From positions 7,530 to 71,529 of the forward strand of contig USFO01000001.1 in the NCBI GenBank assembly GCA_900553955.1: DNA of 64,000 bases, in the 5' to 3' direction. Position numbers and translations under genes: made by a program. Source of the DNA: an uncultured Oscillospiraceae bacterium. GTDB lineage: Bacteria; Bacillota; Clostridia; Oscillospirales; Ruminococcaceae. Shown here piece after piece: positions 9,032 to 17,935 of this stretch; positions within the stretch are counted from its first letter, which is position 1; each line of letters opens with the position of its first letter. The notes below the pieces were generated by a model. That model was not told the DNA's origin, ran no database searches, and saw nothing but the letters and a program-made list of their open reading frames with translations.

Positions 9032-9424
9032 TTAGTTGAAATCGCCGTCAAGATCCGATGAGTCAGCTTCCGCGCTGATATTCAGCGTATTTATCGTTCT
9101 GCGCTTCATACGCTGATCTTCTGAATTTTCAATGATAAAATCTTTTATCTTGCGGGCGTTTTTTATATTTTTCATCACAAGCTGCGGATGGGTTACATCG
9201 CTTGTTTTGCAAACAACCGTGCCAAGCCCCGCCATACGCTGAAGCAGACTGCTGGAAAGCACCGTATCCTGTACTTTGTACATATAACAGTTGTTTTCCT
9301 CCTGGTTCAAAAAGCCGGTGTTAATGATTATCTGTTCCTCCGTCAAGGTGTATTTGGTGAACGTTAACGGAAGCCCAAAAAGAAGCCAACGTTTTCTTTC
9401 TTGATAGGTCATATAAAAACTCAC
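9032..9424 (-). CDS. bacterial PH-domain (YcxB/bPH-like) protein
   Basis: About 130 aa. Two N-terminal hydrophobic segments are followed by a beta-rich region typical of bPH domains. Weak call. Confidence 0.4.
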   Translation of the reverse strand: MSFYMTYQERKRWLLFGLPLTFTKYTLTEEQIIINTGFLNQEENNCYMYKVQDTVLSSSLLQRMAGLGTVVCKTSDVTHPQLVMKNIKNARKIKDFIIENSEDQRMKRRTINTLNISAEADSSDLDGDFN

Positions 9425-9476
9425 CCTTTCCGTTCTATTATACCATCTTTACGGAAAATATCAAGGCTTTTTGCAC

Positions 9477-11531
9477 CTATACAAACAGTTTTACAGTCAT
9501 ATTTATTAAAAAGCATAGGAAAAGCCCGGTAAAAAGCGGCGCCGCAACGGAAAGCACCGTCCATTTAAGGCTTTTTGTCTCCTTCCAGACGGTCAGAATG
9601 GTGGTTGCGCATGGCCAGTGGAACAGTATGAACACCAGCGTGCACAATGCGTTTACCGTGCCGAAACCGTTTGCGGCGAAGAGCACCGCCGTTTTTTCAA
9701 GGGAACTTATCTCCGCAAGCGCGCCGCCGGAATAGCCCATGGCCATTATCGGCAGGGCGATTTCGTTGGCGGGCAGCGCCAATATGAAGCCGCAGAGCAC
9801 GTTTCCGTCCATACCGAAAAGCCTTGCAAAGGGTTCGAGCACGGAGGCGGCGATTTTGAGCACGGTCTCCTCACCGATATAAATATTCGAGCACGCCCAT
9901 ATAACAATCCCCGCGGGCAGAGCCACCGCCGCCGCCCGCCCGAGCACCACGAGGGTTCTGTCGAGCACCGAGCGAAGCAGGATTTTCCCCACTCTCGGTA
10001 TTCTGTACGGCGGAAGCTCCAAAGTAAAGCTTGCCGGAACGCCCTTGAGCACCGTTTTTGAAAGCGCCCGAGAAACGAGCAGCGTCATGAGCACGGAGAA
10101 GGCTATGGCGGCGGTCATAATCAGCGCGCTTTGCAAAGAAGCGAAGCGTCCACCGGTGGTTAGAAACATTGTGGCTATGGCAATTATCGCAGGAAAGCGC
10201 CCATTGCACGGTACAAAGCTGTTTGTTATGATGGCGATTAGCCGTTCCCGGGGCGAATCTATAATTCGAGCGCCGGTCACGCCGACCGCTCCGCAGCCCA
10301 GCCCCATGCACATTGTAAGCGCTTGTTTTCCGCATGCTCCTGCGGTTTTGAAGCCCTTATCGAGGTTAAAAGCCACCCTTGATAAATAGCCCAAATCCTC
10401 AAGCAGAGTAAAAAGCGGAAAGAAAATCGCCATGGGCGGCAGCATTACGGATACCACCCAGCCGAGCACCCTCCACACGCCGTTTATGAGCAAATCCATG
10501 AACACCGGAGGCGTGCTCAACGCCGCAAGGGCACGGCGAAGCCACTCCTCCGCTATCGCAAACCCGACTGAAAGCCACTTTGAAGGATAGTTTGCGCCAG
10601 AAACGGTAAGCCAGAATATGCCCGCGAACAGCAAAAGCATCACCGGAATGCCCCACACTCTGCCAGTGAGCACGGAGTCAATTTTGCCATCACGCCGGAC
10701 TGCTTTCTGCGTGCTCAAATCCACTGCGGAAAGGCAGATTTCCTCCGCTCTGAGCACGGCGCAGGCTGCAAGCTTATCCGAAATGTTCTTTTTAGTCACA
10801 CCGCCGTCCTTCATAATGCGGTTTGCCTTGCCAATTGCGCCGGTAAGCTCCCGGTTTGCGGAAATTTTGCCGAAGCGCTTTTCAAAGGCGGCAACAAAGC
10901 CGTGCTCATTTTCAAGCAGTTTGAGCACGGTAAAAATGCTCGTGATTCCGTACCTTTTTCTGAGCACCGGAGTAAGGCTTTCCGCCGCGCTTTCCACCGC
11001 CTTCGGGTATCGTACCGGAACAAAAACGCTGTGCAGCCGCCCTTCGGCAAGGCTTATCATCTGCCGCTCCAGTTCGTCAAGTCCTTCGTACTGCGTTGCG
11101 GAAACGCCCACCGCCGGCAATCCTGTTTCCGCCGAAAGTGCGGCAAGGTCGATTTTTATGCCGCGGTGGCGCGCTTCATCCATCATGTTCACACAGAGCA
11201 TTGTTTTTGGTATTATCTGCGCCACCTGTATGGCGAAAATCAAATTGCGTTCCAAGCAGCAGGCATCGCACACAACCACGGCGGCGTCCGGGTGCTCAAA
11301 GCAGAGAAAATCCCGGGTGACCTCCTCCTCGGCGGAGTTCGCCGTCAACGAATACGCCCCGGGCAAATCCACAAGCCGCACCTCTTTTTTGCCGCAACGA
11401 AAGTGCCCCTCCGCCGTGCCAACTGTTTTCCCGCTCCAGTTGCCGGTGTGCTGGTGTAGACCGGTCAGGGCGTTGAACACGGTGCTTTTGCCGACATTAG
11501 GGTTGCCCGCAAGGGCGATAACCAGCGTCAT
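9477..11531 (-). CDS. feoB: ferrous iron transporter B
   Basis: G-domain start MTLVIALAGNPNVGKSTVFNALTG with a polytopic C-terminus. Its start overlaps the feoA stop (ATGA). Confidence 0.9.
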   Translation of the reverse strand: MTLVIALAGNPNVGKSTVFNALTGLHQHTGNWSGKTVGTAEGHFRCGKKEVRLVDLPGAYSLTANSAEEEVTRDFLCFEHPDAAVVVCDACCLERNLIFAIQVAQIIPKTMLCVNMMDEARHRGIKIDLAALSAETGLPAVGVSATQYEGLDELERQMISLAEGRLHSVFVPVRYPKAVESAAESLTPVLRKRYGITSIFTVLKLLENEHGFVAAFEKRFGKISANRELTGAIGKANRIMKDGGVTKKNISDKLAACAVLRAEEICLSAVDLSTQKAVRRDGKIDSVLTGRVWGIPVMLLLFAGIFWLTVSGANYPSKWLSVGFAIAEEWLRRALAALSTPPVFMDLLINGVWRVLGWVVSVMLPPMAIFFPLFTLLEDLGYLSRVAFNLDKGFKTAGACGKQALTMCMGLGCGAVGVTGARIIDSPRERLIAIITNSFVPCNGRFPAIIAIATMFLTTGGRFASLQSALIMTAAIAFSVLMTLLVSRALSKTVLKGVPASFTLELPPYRIPRVGKILLRSVLDRTLVVLGRAAAVALPAGIVIWACSNIYIGEETVLKIAASVLEPFARLFGMDGNVLCGFILALPANEIALPIMAMGYSGGALAEISSLEKTAVLFAANGFGTVNALCTLVFILFHWPCATTILTVWKETKSLKWTVLSVAAPLFTGLFLCFLINMTVKLFV

Positions 11532-11764
11532 ACAGCCGCCTCCACGAACACCGTAGCGGCGTCCTCTTTTCGTATGGCGATAACCGCGCCCCGAATAAGA
11601 TAGGCTTTCGGATCCCCCGCCGGGCTTTCCCGCAGACATTCCACCAAGGTTCCCTCCACAAGTCCTATATCCATAAACCGGCGGCGCAGATACCCCTCGG
11701 TATCAAGCCTCACCACCCGGCCGTATGTACCGGTCTTCATATCGCAAAGCGGAATTTGCCGCAT
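11528..11764 (-). CDS. feoA: ferrous iron transport protein A
   Basis: 79-aa SH3-like FeoA (GTYGRVVRL...LIRGAVIAIRKEDA). RBS agaggg. Translationally coupled to feoB. Confidence 0.8.
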   Translation of the reverse strand: MRQIPLCDMKTGTYGRVVRLDTEGYLRRRFMDIGLVEGTLVECLRESPAGDPKAYLIRGAVIAIRKEDAATVFVEAAV

Positions 11765-11893
11765 AAATATCCCTCTTTCCATAATAGAATAGGCTCAGTA
11801 TCACAATATGAAGCAAAGTGAAATATGGTGAAAGGCGCGCGTTTTCAAAAAATTCACACTTATTAAATCAAAATTTGATACATTTCCAGCCGC

Positions 11894-11912
11894 ATAATGA
11901 TAAAATGTATAT
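11894..11912. promoter_or_regulatory. candidate Fur box between feoAB and the divergent zinc-ribbon gene
   Basis: ATAATGATAAAATGTATAT matches the first 10 positions of the Fur consensus GATAATGATAATCATTATC. Confidence 0.3.
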
Positions 11913-11944
11913 ATTAAAGAAGAAATACGAAGGGAGCAATTTTT

Positions 11945-12535
11945 ATGGCACTTTTTGATAAGATAAATGATTTTGCGAAAACCGCAACCGAAAAAACCGC
12001 AAGCTTTGCGAAGGCAACCACCGAAAAGGCTGAAAACGCCATCGAAACCGGCAAGCTCAATTCCAGAATTGCCGCGGAGGAGCGCAACATTTCTGCAATC
12101 ACCCTCAAAATCGGTGAATATTTCCTTGCAAAGCTGGATTCCGGCGAAATTCTTGACAGCGATGTTATGAATATGTTTGAAGGTGTGAAGGTTTGCCGCA
12201 ACAACATCGCAAACTTCCGCAAAGAGATCGAAGCAATCACCTCGCCAAAAGAAGCTCCTGCGGAAGCTGCCGCGCCCGCGTGCCCCTGCGGCGAAGCTGC
12301 ACCGGCGGAGCCCGCAGAGCCCGAAGTACCCGCTGAGCCTGCCTTCTGCCCCTGCTGTGAGGGAGAGCAGCCTGTTTGCGAACCGGTGGTTCTTCCGCTG
12401 ACCAATGAAGAAAGGCCCGTCTGCGATTGCGAACCCGCTCCAAAAGCGGAAGCGACCTGTAAATTCTGTCCCATGTGCGGCGCAAAGGTTGAGCCGGAAG
12501 CCCGCTTCTGCCCGCTTTGCGGCGCGCAGCTTTAA
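11945..12535 (+). CDS. coiled-coil protein with C-terminal zinc ribbon
   Basis: C-terminus CKFCPMCGAKVEPEARFCPLCGAQL, preceded by a Pro/Ala/Glu-rich linker containing further Cys pairs. Confidence 0.5.
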   Translation: MALFDKINDFAKTATEKTASFAKATTEKAENAIETGKLNSRIAAEERNISAITLKIGEYFLAKLDSGEILDSDVMNMFEGVKVCRNNIANFRKEIEAITSPKEAPAEAAAPACPCGEAAPAEPAEPEVPAEPAFCPCCEGEQPVCEPVVLPLTNEERPVCDCEPAPKAEATCKFCPMCGAKVEPEARFCPLCGAQL

Positions 12536-12580
12536 TTACTGACGCTTTTTCATTACCCTCTTTTTTGATGATAGACGCCC

Positions 12581-12617
12581 AAAAGCACCTGCCGTTTTGG
12601 CAGGTGCTTTTGGTTTT
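12581..12617 (+). terminator. intrinsic terminator
   Basis: Stem gcacctgcc / ggcaggtgc, loop gtttt, then ttttggtttt. Confidence 0.7.
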
Positions 12618-12733
12618 ATTCTTTTACAGTTTCGCAAAAAGCTTTTATTATTTCATTTATATTAATGCTGTACTTTGGGTTAAGCTGCCTTATTCGTTCA
12701 ACGGCTTCTACGAGGGGTGAATCGCAGGTAAAC

Positions 12734-13090
12734 ATGGCGCAGCCCTCCGGAGAAAATTCCTCTTTCGGCTATTACGCCAATCAGGCAAAGCAGGAAGTGC
12801 AAAAGTATAACATTTGGGCGATAGTCGGCTTTGCAGTAGCAGCCGTTTCGTTTTTTCTGCCCGGTTTTTTTACCCTTATAACCGGCATTTCCGCACTGGT
12901 TATGTCCATTTACGCAGCAAAGCAAATCAAAATTACCGGCGAAAAAGGCAATGTTTTTGCAATTCTCGGAATTATTTTCGGCTCGGCATTTGTGCTGTAC
13001 GGTACTTTCTGTGTTTTTGTTATCATAGGGGCTTTGGGTGTGTACGGCAACCTGTTAAGTGAACTGCTCAGCAGCTATTATTCATTCTGA
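12734..13090 (+). CDS. DUF4190-like small membrane protein
   Basis: RBS gagggg. Two TM helices and a DUF4190-like pattern (YNIWAIVGFAVAAVSFFLPG...). This family is often paired with zinc-ribbon proteins. Confidence 0.5.
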   Translation: MAQPSGENSSFGYYANQAKQEVQKYNIWAIVGFAVAAVSFFLPGFFTLITGISALVMSIYAAKQIKITGEKGNVFAILGIIFGSAFVLYGTFCVFVIIGALGVYGNLLSELLSSYYSF

Positions 13091-13145
13091 TTTCATTTCA
13101 AAGCGTTCTTCTATTCGGAAGGGCGCTTTTTTTCTGCAAAAATGC

Positions 13146-13188
13146 GATTTTACACGGATTTTACATTAGTCTTCTTTCGGTTTTTACA
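13146..13188 (+). promoter_or_regulatory. Pho-box-like direct repeats upstream of pstS
   Basis: ATTTTACA occurs at 13147 and 13158 (11-bp phasing) and TTTTTACA at 13181, resembling PhoP TT(A/T)ACA repeats. Confidence 0.4.
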
Positions 13189-13257
13189 CCCGCTCGGTAT
13201 CCTTATAAGTGCAGAGAAAAAAGAAAATCAAATTCAAAAACCGAAAGGAAATCTGTT

Positions 13258-14061
13258 ATGAAAAAAATTATTGCTGTTTTACTTGCTCTTTGCTGCATGG
13301 CGCTTGTGTTCGCCGGATGCGGCAGCACCGGAGGCACCGTTTCCACCGACGGCTCCACCTCTATGGAGAAGGTTATCCGCGCCCTTGGCGAAACCTTTAT
13401 GAAGAACAACCAAGGCGTAAACTTCACCTACAACCCCACCGGTTCCGGCTCCGGAATTACCGCAGTTGCCGAGGGTCGCTGCGACATCGGCCTTTCCAGC
13501 CGCGCTCTTAAAGACGACGAGAAGGCTCAGGGTCTTAAAGAAACCGTTCTTGCCCTTGACGGCATCGCAATAATCGTAAACCCCGAAAACCCCGTCACCG
13601 ACCTTACGGTGGAACAGATTGCTTCCATTTATAAAGGTGAAATCACTAACTGGAAAGATGTTGGCGGAAATGACGGTGAAATCGTACTTATCGGGCGCGA
13701 AGCAGGAAGCGGCACCCGCGACGGCTTTGAATCCATTACGGATACAAAGGATTCCTGCAAGTACCGCCAGGAGCTTACCTCCACCGGCGATGTTATCACC
13801 ACCGTTTCTCAAAACCCCAACGCCATAGGCTATGCCTCACTCGCCGCTCTTAAAGACAGCGTAAAGGCTCTTACCGTGAACGGCGTTGTTCCCTCCGAGG
13901 AAACGGTCAAGGACGGCAGCTATCTTATTCAGCGCCCCTTTGTTCTTGTAACCAAGGACGGAGCGGTGCTTTCCGAAACGGCTCAGAAGTTTTTTGACTA
14001 TATCACTTCTCCTGATGCTGCTGAAATCATTTCTGCGGCCGGCGCAGTTGCAGCAAACTAA
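13258..14061 (+). CDS. pstS: phosphate ABC transporter substrate-binding lipoprotein
   Basis: Lipoprotein signal ...LVFAGCGS. PstS family motifs (SGSGITAVAEGRCDIGLSSRAL, GSGTRDGFE). Confidence 0.85.
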   Translation: MKKIIAVLLALCCMALVFAGCGSTGGTVSTDGSTSMEKVIRALGETFMKNNQGVNFTYNPTGSGSGITAVAEGRCDIGLSSRALKDDEKAQGLKETVLALDGIAIIVNPENPVTDLTVEQIASIYKGEITNWKDVGGNDGEIVLIGREAGSGTRDGFESITDTKDSCKYRQELTSTGDVITTVSQNPNAIGYASLAALKDSVKALTVNGVVPSEETVKDGSYLIQRPFVLVTKDGAVLSETAQKFFDYITSPDAAEIISAAGAVAAN

Positions 14062-14076
14062 AAATGAGCAACAAAA

Positions 14077-14105
14077 ATGTGGCTGCAAAACAGCCGCATT
14101 TTTGT
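14077..14105 (+). terminator. intergenic attenuator/terminator hairpin between pstS and pstC
   Basis: Stem atgtggctg / cagccgcat, loop caaaa, then ttttt. Confidence 0.5.
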
Positions 14106-14121
14106 TATTCGGAGGACTTTT

Positions 14122-14988
14122 ATGAAGAGAAAAAAATTTTCAGAGAGCCTTGTGCACGGCGTTTTTCTTATACTCGGACTTATAACCGTGGGCTTTGTGC
14201 TGCTCATAAGCGTTTACCTTATTATTTCCGGTATTCCCGCCATTAAAAAAATCGGGATAATCCCCTTTCTGTTCGGCAAAACATGGGCTTCCACCGCGGC
14301 GGAGCCTCAGTTCGGCATACTGCCCTTTATTCTGACAAGCGTTTACGGAACGGCGGGAGCCATAGTGATAGGCGTGCCCGTGGGCTTTATGACGGCGGTT
14401 TATATTGCGAAAATAGCCCCGCCGAAGCTCAAATCCGTCATGCAGTCCGCCGTCAGCCTGCTTGCGAGCATACCCTCGGTGGTGTACGGACTTGTGGGTA
14501 TGCTGATTCTTGTTCCGGGAATACGCAAAATCTTCTCCGTGCCGGACGGCGCAAGCCTTTTGGCGGCGATAATAGTGCTTGCGATTATGATTCTGCCCTC
14601 CATAATCAAGGTCGCTGTGACCTCCCTTGAGGCGGTGCCGAAGGAATATGAGGACGCCTCCCTTGCGCTTGGGGCAACGCCCATTGAAACGTATTTTCGG
14701 GTGTCCGTTCCCGCGGCAAAAAGCGGCATTGCCGCCGCCGTAGTGCTCGGAGTGGGGCGTGCCATAGGCGAAGCCATGGCGGTTGCCATGGTATCCGGCA
14801 ACGCCGCCCGTATGCCCTCGCTTTTTGAAAGCGTGTGCTTTCTCACCACCGCGGTTTCCAAAGAAATGAGCTATTCCTCCGGCTTGCAGCGGCAGGCGCT
14901 TTTCTCCATCGCGCTTGTGCTGTTCGTATTCATCATGCTAATAAATGCTGTGCTGAATTTCTTCCTTAAGCGGGATAAGGAGGAGTGA
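14122..14988 (+). CDS. pstC: phosphate ABC transporter permease
   Basis: RBS ggagg. Polytopic, with the EAA-like region of PstC permeases. Confidence 0.85.
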   Translation: MKRKKFSESLVHGVFLILGLITVGFVLLISVYLIISGIPAIKKIGIIPFLFGKTWASTAAEPQFGILPFILTSVYGTAGAIVIGVPVGFMTAVYIAKIAPPKLKSVMQSAVSLLASIPSVVYGLVGMLILVPGIRKIFSVPDGASLLAAIIVLAIMILPSIIKVAVTSLEAVPKEYEDASLALGATPIETYFRVSVPAAKSGIAAAVVLGVGRAIGEAMAVAMVSGNAARMPSLFESVCFLTTAVSKEMSYSSGLQRQALFSIALVLFVFIMLINAVLNFFLKRDKEE

Positions 14989-15854
14989 TTATGAATAAGA
15001 ATAAGCTTTCTTCCCAAAGAAAAATATATATCGGTGCCATGACATGGCTTATGCGTATCTGTGCGGGGCTTACCTTCGGGTTGGCGCTATTTCTTATCGC
15101 GTATATTCTCATAAAGGGCTTGCCGGGCATTTCGTGGAGCTTTCTTTCCACCGTGCCAACGGTAATTCCCCACAATATCGGCATACTGCCGGATATTCTG
15201 AACACGGTTTACATTGTAATCGCCACCATAATCATAGTCGTTCCTCTTGGAGCGGGCGCGGCGGTCTATCTTTCGGAATATGCCGGGGACAAAAGATTTG
15301 TGCGGATAATCGAATACGCCGCGGAGACGCTTTCCGGCATACCGTCCATCATATACGGTCTTGTGGGTATGCTGTTCTTCTGCGAATTCCTCAAAATGCA
15401 GACCTCTCTGCTTGCGGGCGCGCTGACACTTGTTATTATGAACCTGCCCACGGTTATGCGCACAACGCAGGAGAGCCTTAAAACCGTTCCGCAAAGCTAC
15501 CGGGAGGGTGCTTTCGGACTGGGAGCGGGCAAATGGAGAGTTATTCGCACCGTGGTGCTCCCCGGCTGCGTTGACGGCGTAATCACCGGCTGCATACTCG
15601 CGGTGGGGCGCATACTCGGCGAATCCGCCGCACTGCTGTTCACCGCGGGCTTTGCCCACACGCTAAACGGATTTTTCCGCGGACTCGGCAGCTCCGGCTC
15701 CACCCTCACCGTGGCACTCTATGTTTACGCAAAGGAGGAGGGCGAGTTTGAAGCCGCCTTCGCCATAGCCGCCATACTTATGCTTTTGGCTCTGCTTATA
15801 AACTTCGCCGCGGAGCTTGCGGCAAAATACTTCAGGAGGAAGAAAGAATTATGA
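14985..15854 (+). CDS. pstA: phosphate ABC transporter permease
   Basis: Overlaps pstC by 4 nt. Polytopic ABC permease. Confidence 0.85.
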   Translation: MIMNKNKLSSQRKIYIGAMTWLMRICAGLTFGLALFLIAYILIKGLPGISWSFLSTVPTVIPHNIGILPDILNTVYIVIATIIIVVPLGAGAAVYLSEYAGDKRFVRIIEYAAETLSGIPSIIYGLVGMLFFCEFLKMQTSLLAGALTLVIMNLPTVMRTTQESLKTVPQSYREGAFGLGAGKWRVIRTVVLPGCVDGVITGCILAVGRILGESAALLFTAGFAHTLNGFFRGLGSSGSTLTVALYVYAKEEGEFEAAFAIAAILMLLALLINFAAELAAKYFRRKKEL

Positions 15855-16606
15855 GCGATATTATTTCCGTAAAGGATCTCTGCCTTTGGTACGGAGACCA
15901 TCAGGCACTGTTCGATATAAATATGGATATTCCCGAAAAGAGCATAACTGCCCTTATAGGTCCCTCCGGCTGCGGAAAATCCACCTTTCTTAAAACCCTA
16001 AACCGTATGAACGACCTTATCCCCGGAGTTAAAATCACCGGAGAAATCTCCTACGGCGGAGCGAATATCTATTCGCCGGATACGGATGTAAACGAGCTTC
16101 GGCGGCAAATCGGCATGGTATTCCAAAAGCCGAACCCCTTCCCCATGAGCATTTACGACAACGTGGCATACGGCCCGCGCACCCACGGCATTCGCAGCAA
16201 AGCAAAGCTTGATGAAATTGTGGAGCAGTCCCTGCGGGATGCCGCCATTTGGGAGGAGGTCAAGAACCGTCTCAATAAGAACGCTTTGGGGCTTTCCGGC
16301 GGACAACAGCAGCGCCTTTGCATAGCGCGCGCCCTTGCCGTTCACCCGAATGTGCTGCTCATGGATGAGCCGACCTCCGCCCTCGACCCTGTTTCCACCT
16401 CCAAAATCGAGGATTTGGCTATGCAGCTAAAGGACAAATACACCATAGTCATAGTCACCCACAATATGCAGCAGGCGGCGCGAATTTCCGACAAAACGGC
16501 GTTTTTTCTGCTGGGCGAGCTTGTGGAATACGGCGATACGGAAGAAATTTTCTCCGTTCCGAAGGACAAACGGACGGAAGACTACATCACGGGAAGGTTT
16601 GGATAA
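15851..16606 (+). CDS. pstB: phosphate ABC transporter ATP-binding protein
   Basis: Walker [10 protein letters not shown], signature LSGGQQQRL, Walker B LLMDEP. Confidence 0.9.
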   Translation: MSDIISVKDLCLWYGDHQALFDINMDIPEKSITALIGPSGCGKSTFLKTLNRMNDLIPGVKITGEISYGGANIYSPDTDVNELRRQIGMVFQKPNPFPMSIYDNVAYGPRTHGIRSKAKLDEIVEQSLRDAAIWEEVKNRLNKNALGLSGGQQQRLCIARALAVHPNVLLMDEPTSALDPVSTSKIEDLAMQLKDKYTIVIVTHNMQQAARISDKTAFFLLGELVEYGDTEEIFSVPKDKRTEDYITGRFG

Positions 16607-17265
16607 TGAGAAATTTTTTTGACGAGCAGCTTGCTCTTTTGAACACGGAGCTTATTGAAATGGGCGCGCTTTGCGAGGATATAATCGCCATTACGCCGAA
16701 AGCGCTTGGCGGCGAAAATGACGCCGTAAAAAAAGCAAAGCCCCTTGACGGAGAAATTCGCCAAAAGGAACGGGACATTGAGGGGCTTTGTTTGAAGCTG
16801 CTTTTGCAGCAGCAGCCGGTGGCGAGGGATCTTCGACAGATTTCCGCCGCCCTTAAAATGGTCACGGATATGGAGCGAATCGGCGACCAGGCGGCGGACA
16901 TTGCCGAAATTCTCTCCTTTTTGAGGGACGGCGGCGGCAGCTCCTCTTCTGTTTTAATAAAAATGGCAAAATCGGCAATGAAAATGGTTACGGAAAGTGT
17001 TGATGCTTTCGTCAAACATGATATAATGTTAGCAGAGAAGGTTGTTTCCGACGATGACGCCGTTGACAACTGCTTTGCCGCCGTCAAGCGCTGCCTGATA
17101 GACGAAATTTCCGAAAATCCGATGCAGGGAGAGTCTGCTCTCGACCTTTTGATGATTGCAAAATACTTTGAACGAATCGGAGACCATGCGGTGAACATTG
17201 CTCACTGGGTCATGTTCTCCATAACCGGTGAACACAGGAGGGAAAACGATGATTTGGTGCGTTGA
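16606..17265 (+). CDS. phoU: phosphate signalling complex protein PhoU
   Basis: Two PhoU repeats (DxxxD motifs: VTDMERIGDQAADIAE, AKYFERIGDHAVNIAH). Confidence 0.85.
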   Translation: MRNFFDEQLALLNTELIEMGALCEDIIAITPKALGGENDAVKKAKPLDGEIRQKERDIEGLCLKLLLQQQPVARDLRQISAALKMVTDMERIGDQAADIAEILSFLRDGGGSSSSVLIKMAKSAMKMVTESVDAFVKHDIMLAEKVVSDDDAVDNCFAAVKRCLIDEISENPMQGESALDLLMIAKYFERIGDHAVNIAHWVMFSITGEHRRENDDLVR

Positions 17266-17935
17266 GGATGATGCAAGCATCCGCGACATAGAGGTTTACG
17301 CTTTACAGTCCACGGGTTTTTCCGCAAGGGGCTTTGAGGACGGCGCCTCTTTTTGGGAAGCGCTGCAAGCGGAGCAGGCGGAGCTGCCGGAGCTTGTTAT
17401 CCTCGACCTTATGCTCCCAGGCATTGACGGGCTGGAGCTTTTGCGCAGAATGCGCGAGGTGCGCCGCTTTGCGGATATTCCGGTGGTGCTTGCCACCGCG
17501 AAGGGTGCGGAATACGACAAAATAAAGGGGCTTGACCTTGGCGCGGATTACTACCTTGTAAAGCCCTTCGGTGTGATGGAGCTTGTTTCCTGCGTAAAGG
17601 CGGTTTTGCGCCGCTGCAAAACCTCTGCGCCGCAAAGCACCGTGCTCAAAATCGGCGGACTGTCCCTGAGCACCGACGAGCACAAGGTTTTCGCCGACGG
17701 AGAGCAGGTGGTGCTCACCTACAAGGAGTTCGAGCTGCTGCGGTTGTTTCTCTCCCATCCCGGAATCGCGTTCACACGGGACCAGCTTATGGAGAAGGTT
17801 TGGAGCACGGACTATTGCGGAGAAACCCGCACCGTTGATATGCACATACGCTCCCTGCGTCAAAAGCTTGGCAAATACGGCGACCTTATCAAAACCGTTC
17901 GCAATGTTGGCTATCGGTTGGAGGCAGATTTATGA
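17249..17935 (+). CDS. OmpR-family response regulator (PhoP/PhoB-like)
   Basis: RBS aggaggg. Receiver domain (DLMLPGIDG) plus winged-helix output (FTRDQLMEKVWS...VDMHIRSLRQKLG). Confidence 0.85.
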   Translation: MIWCVEDDASIRDIEVYALQSTGFSARGFEDGASFWEALQAEQAELPELVILDLMLPGIDGLELLRRMREVRRFADIPVVLATAKGAEYDKIKGLDLGADYYLVKPFGVMELVSCVKAVLRRCKTSAPQSTVLKIGGLSLSTDEHKVFADGEQVVLTYKEFELLRLFLSHPGIAFTRDQLMEKVWSTDYCGETRTVDMHIRSLRQKLGKYGDLIKTVRNVGYRLEADL

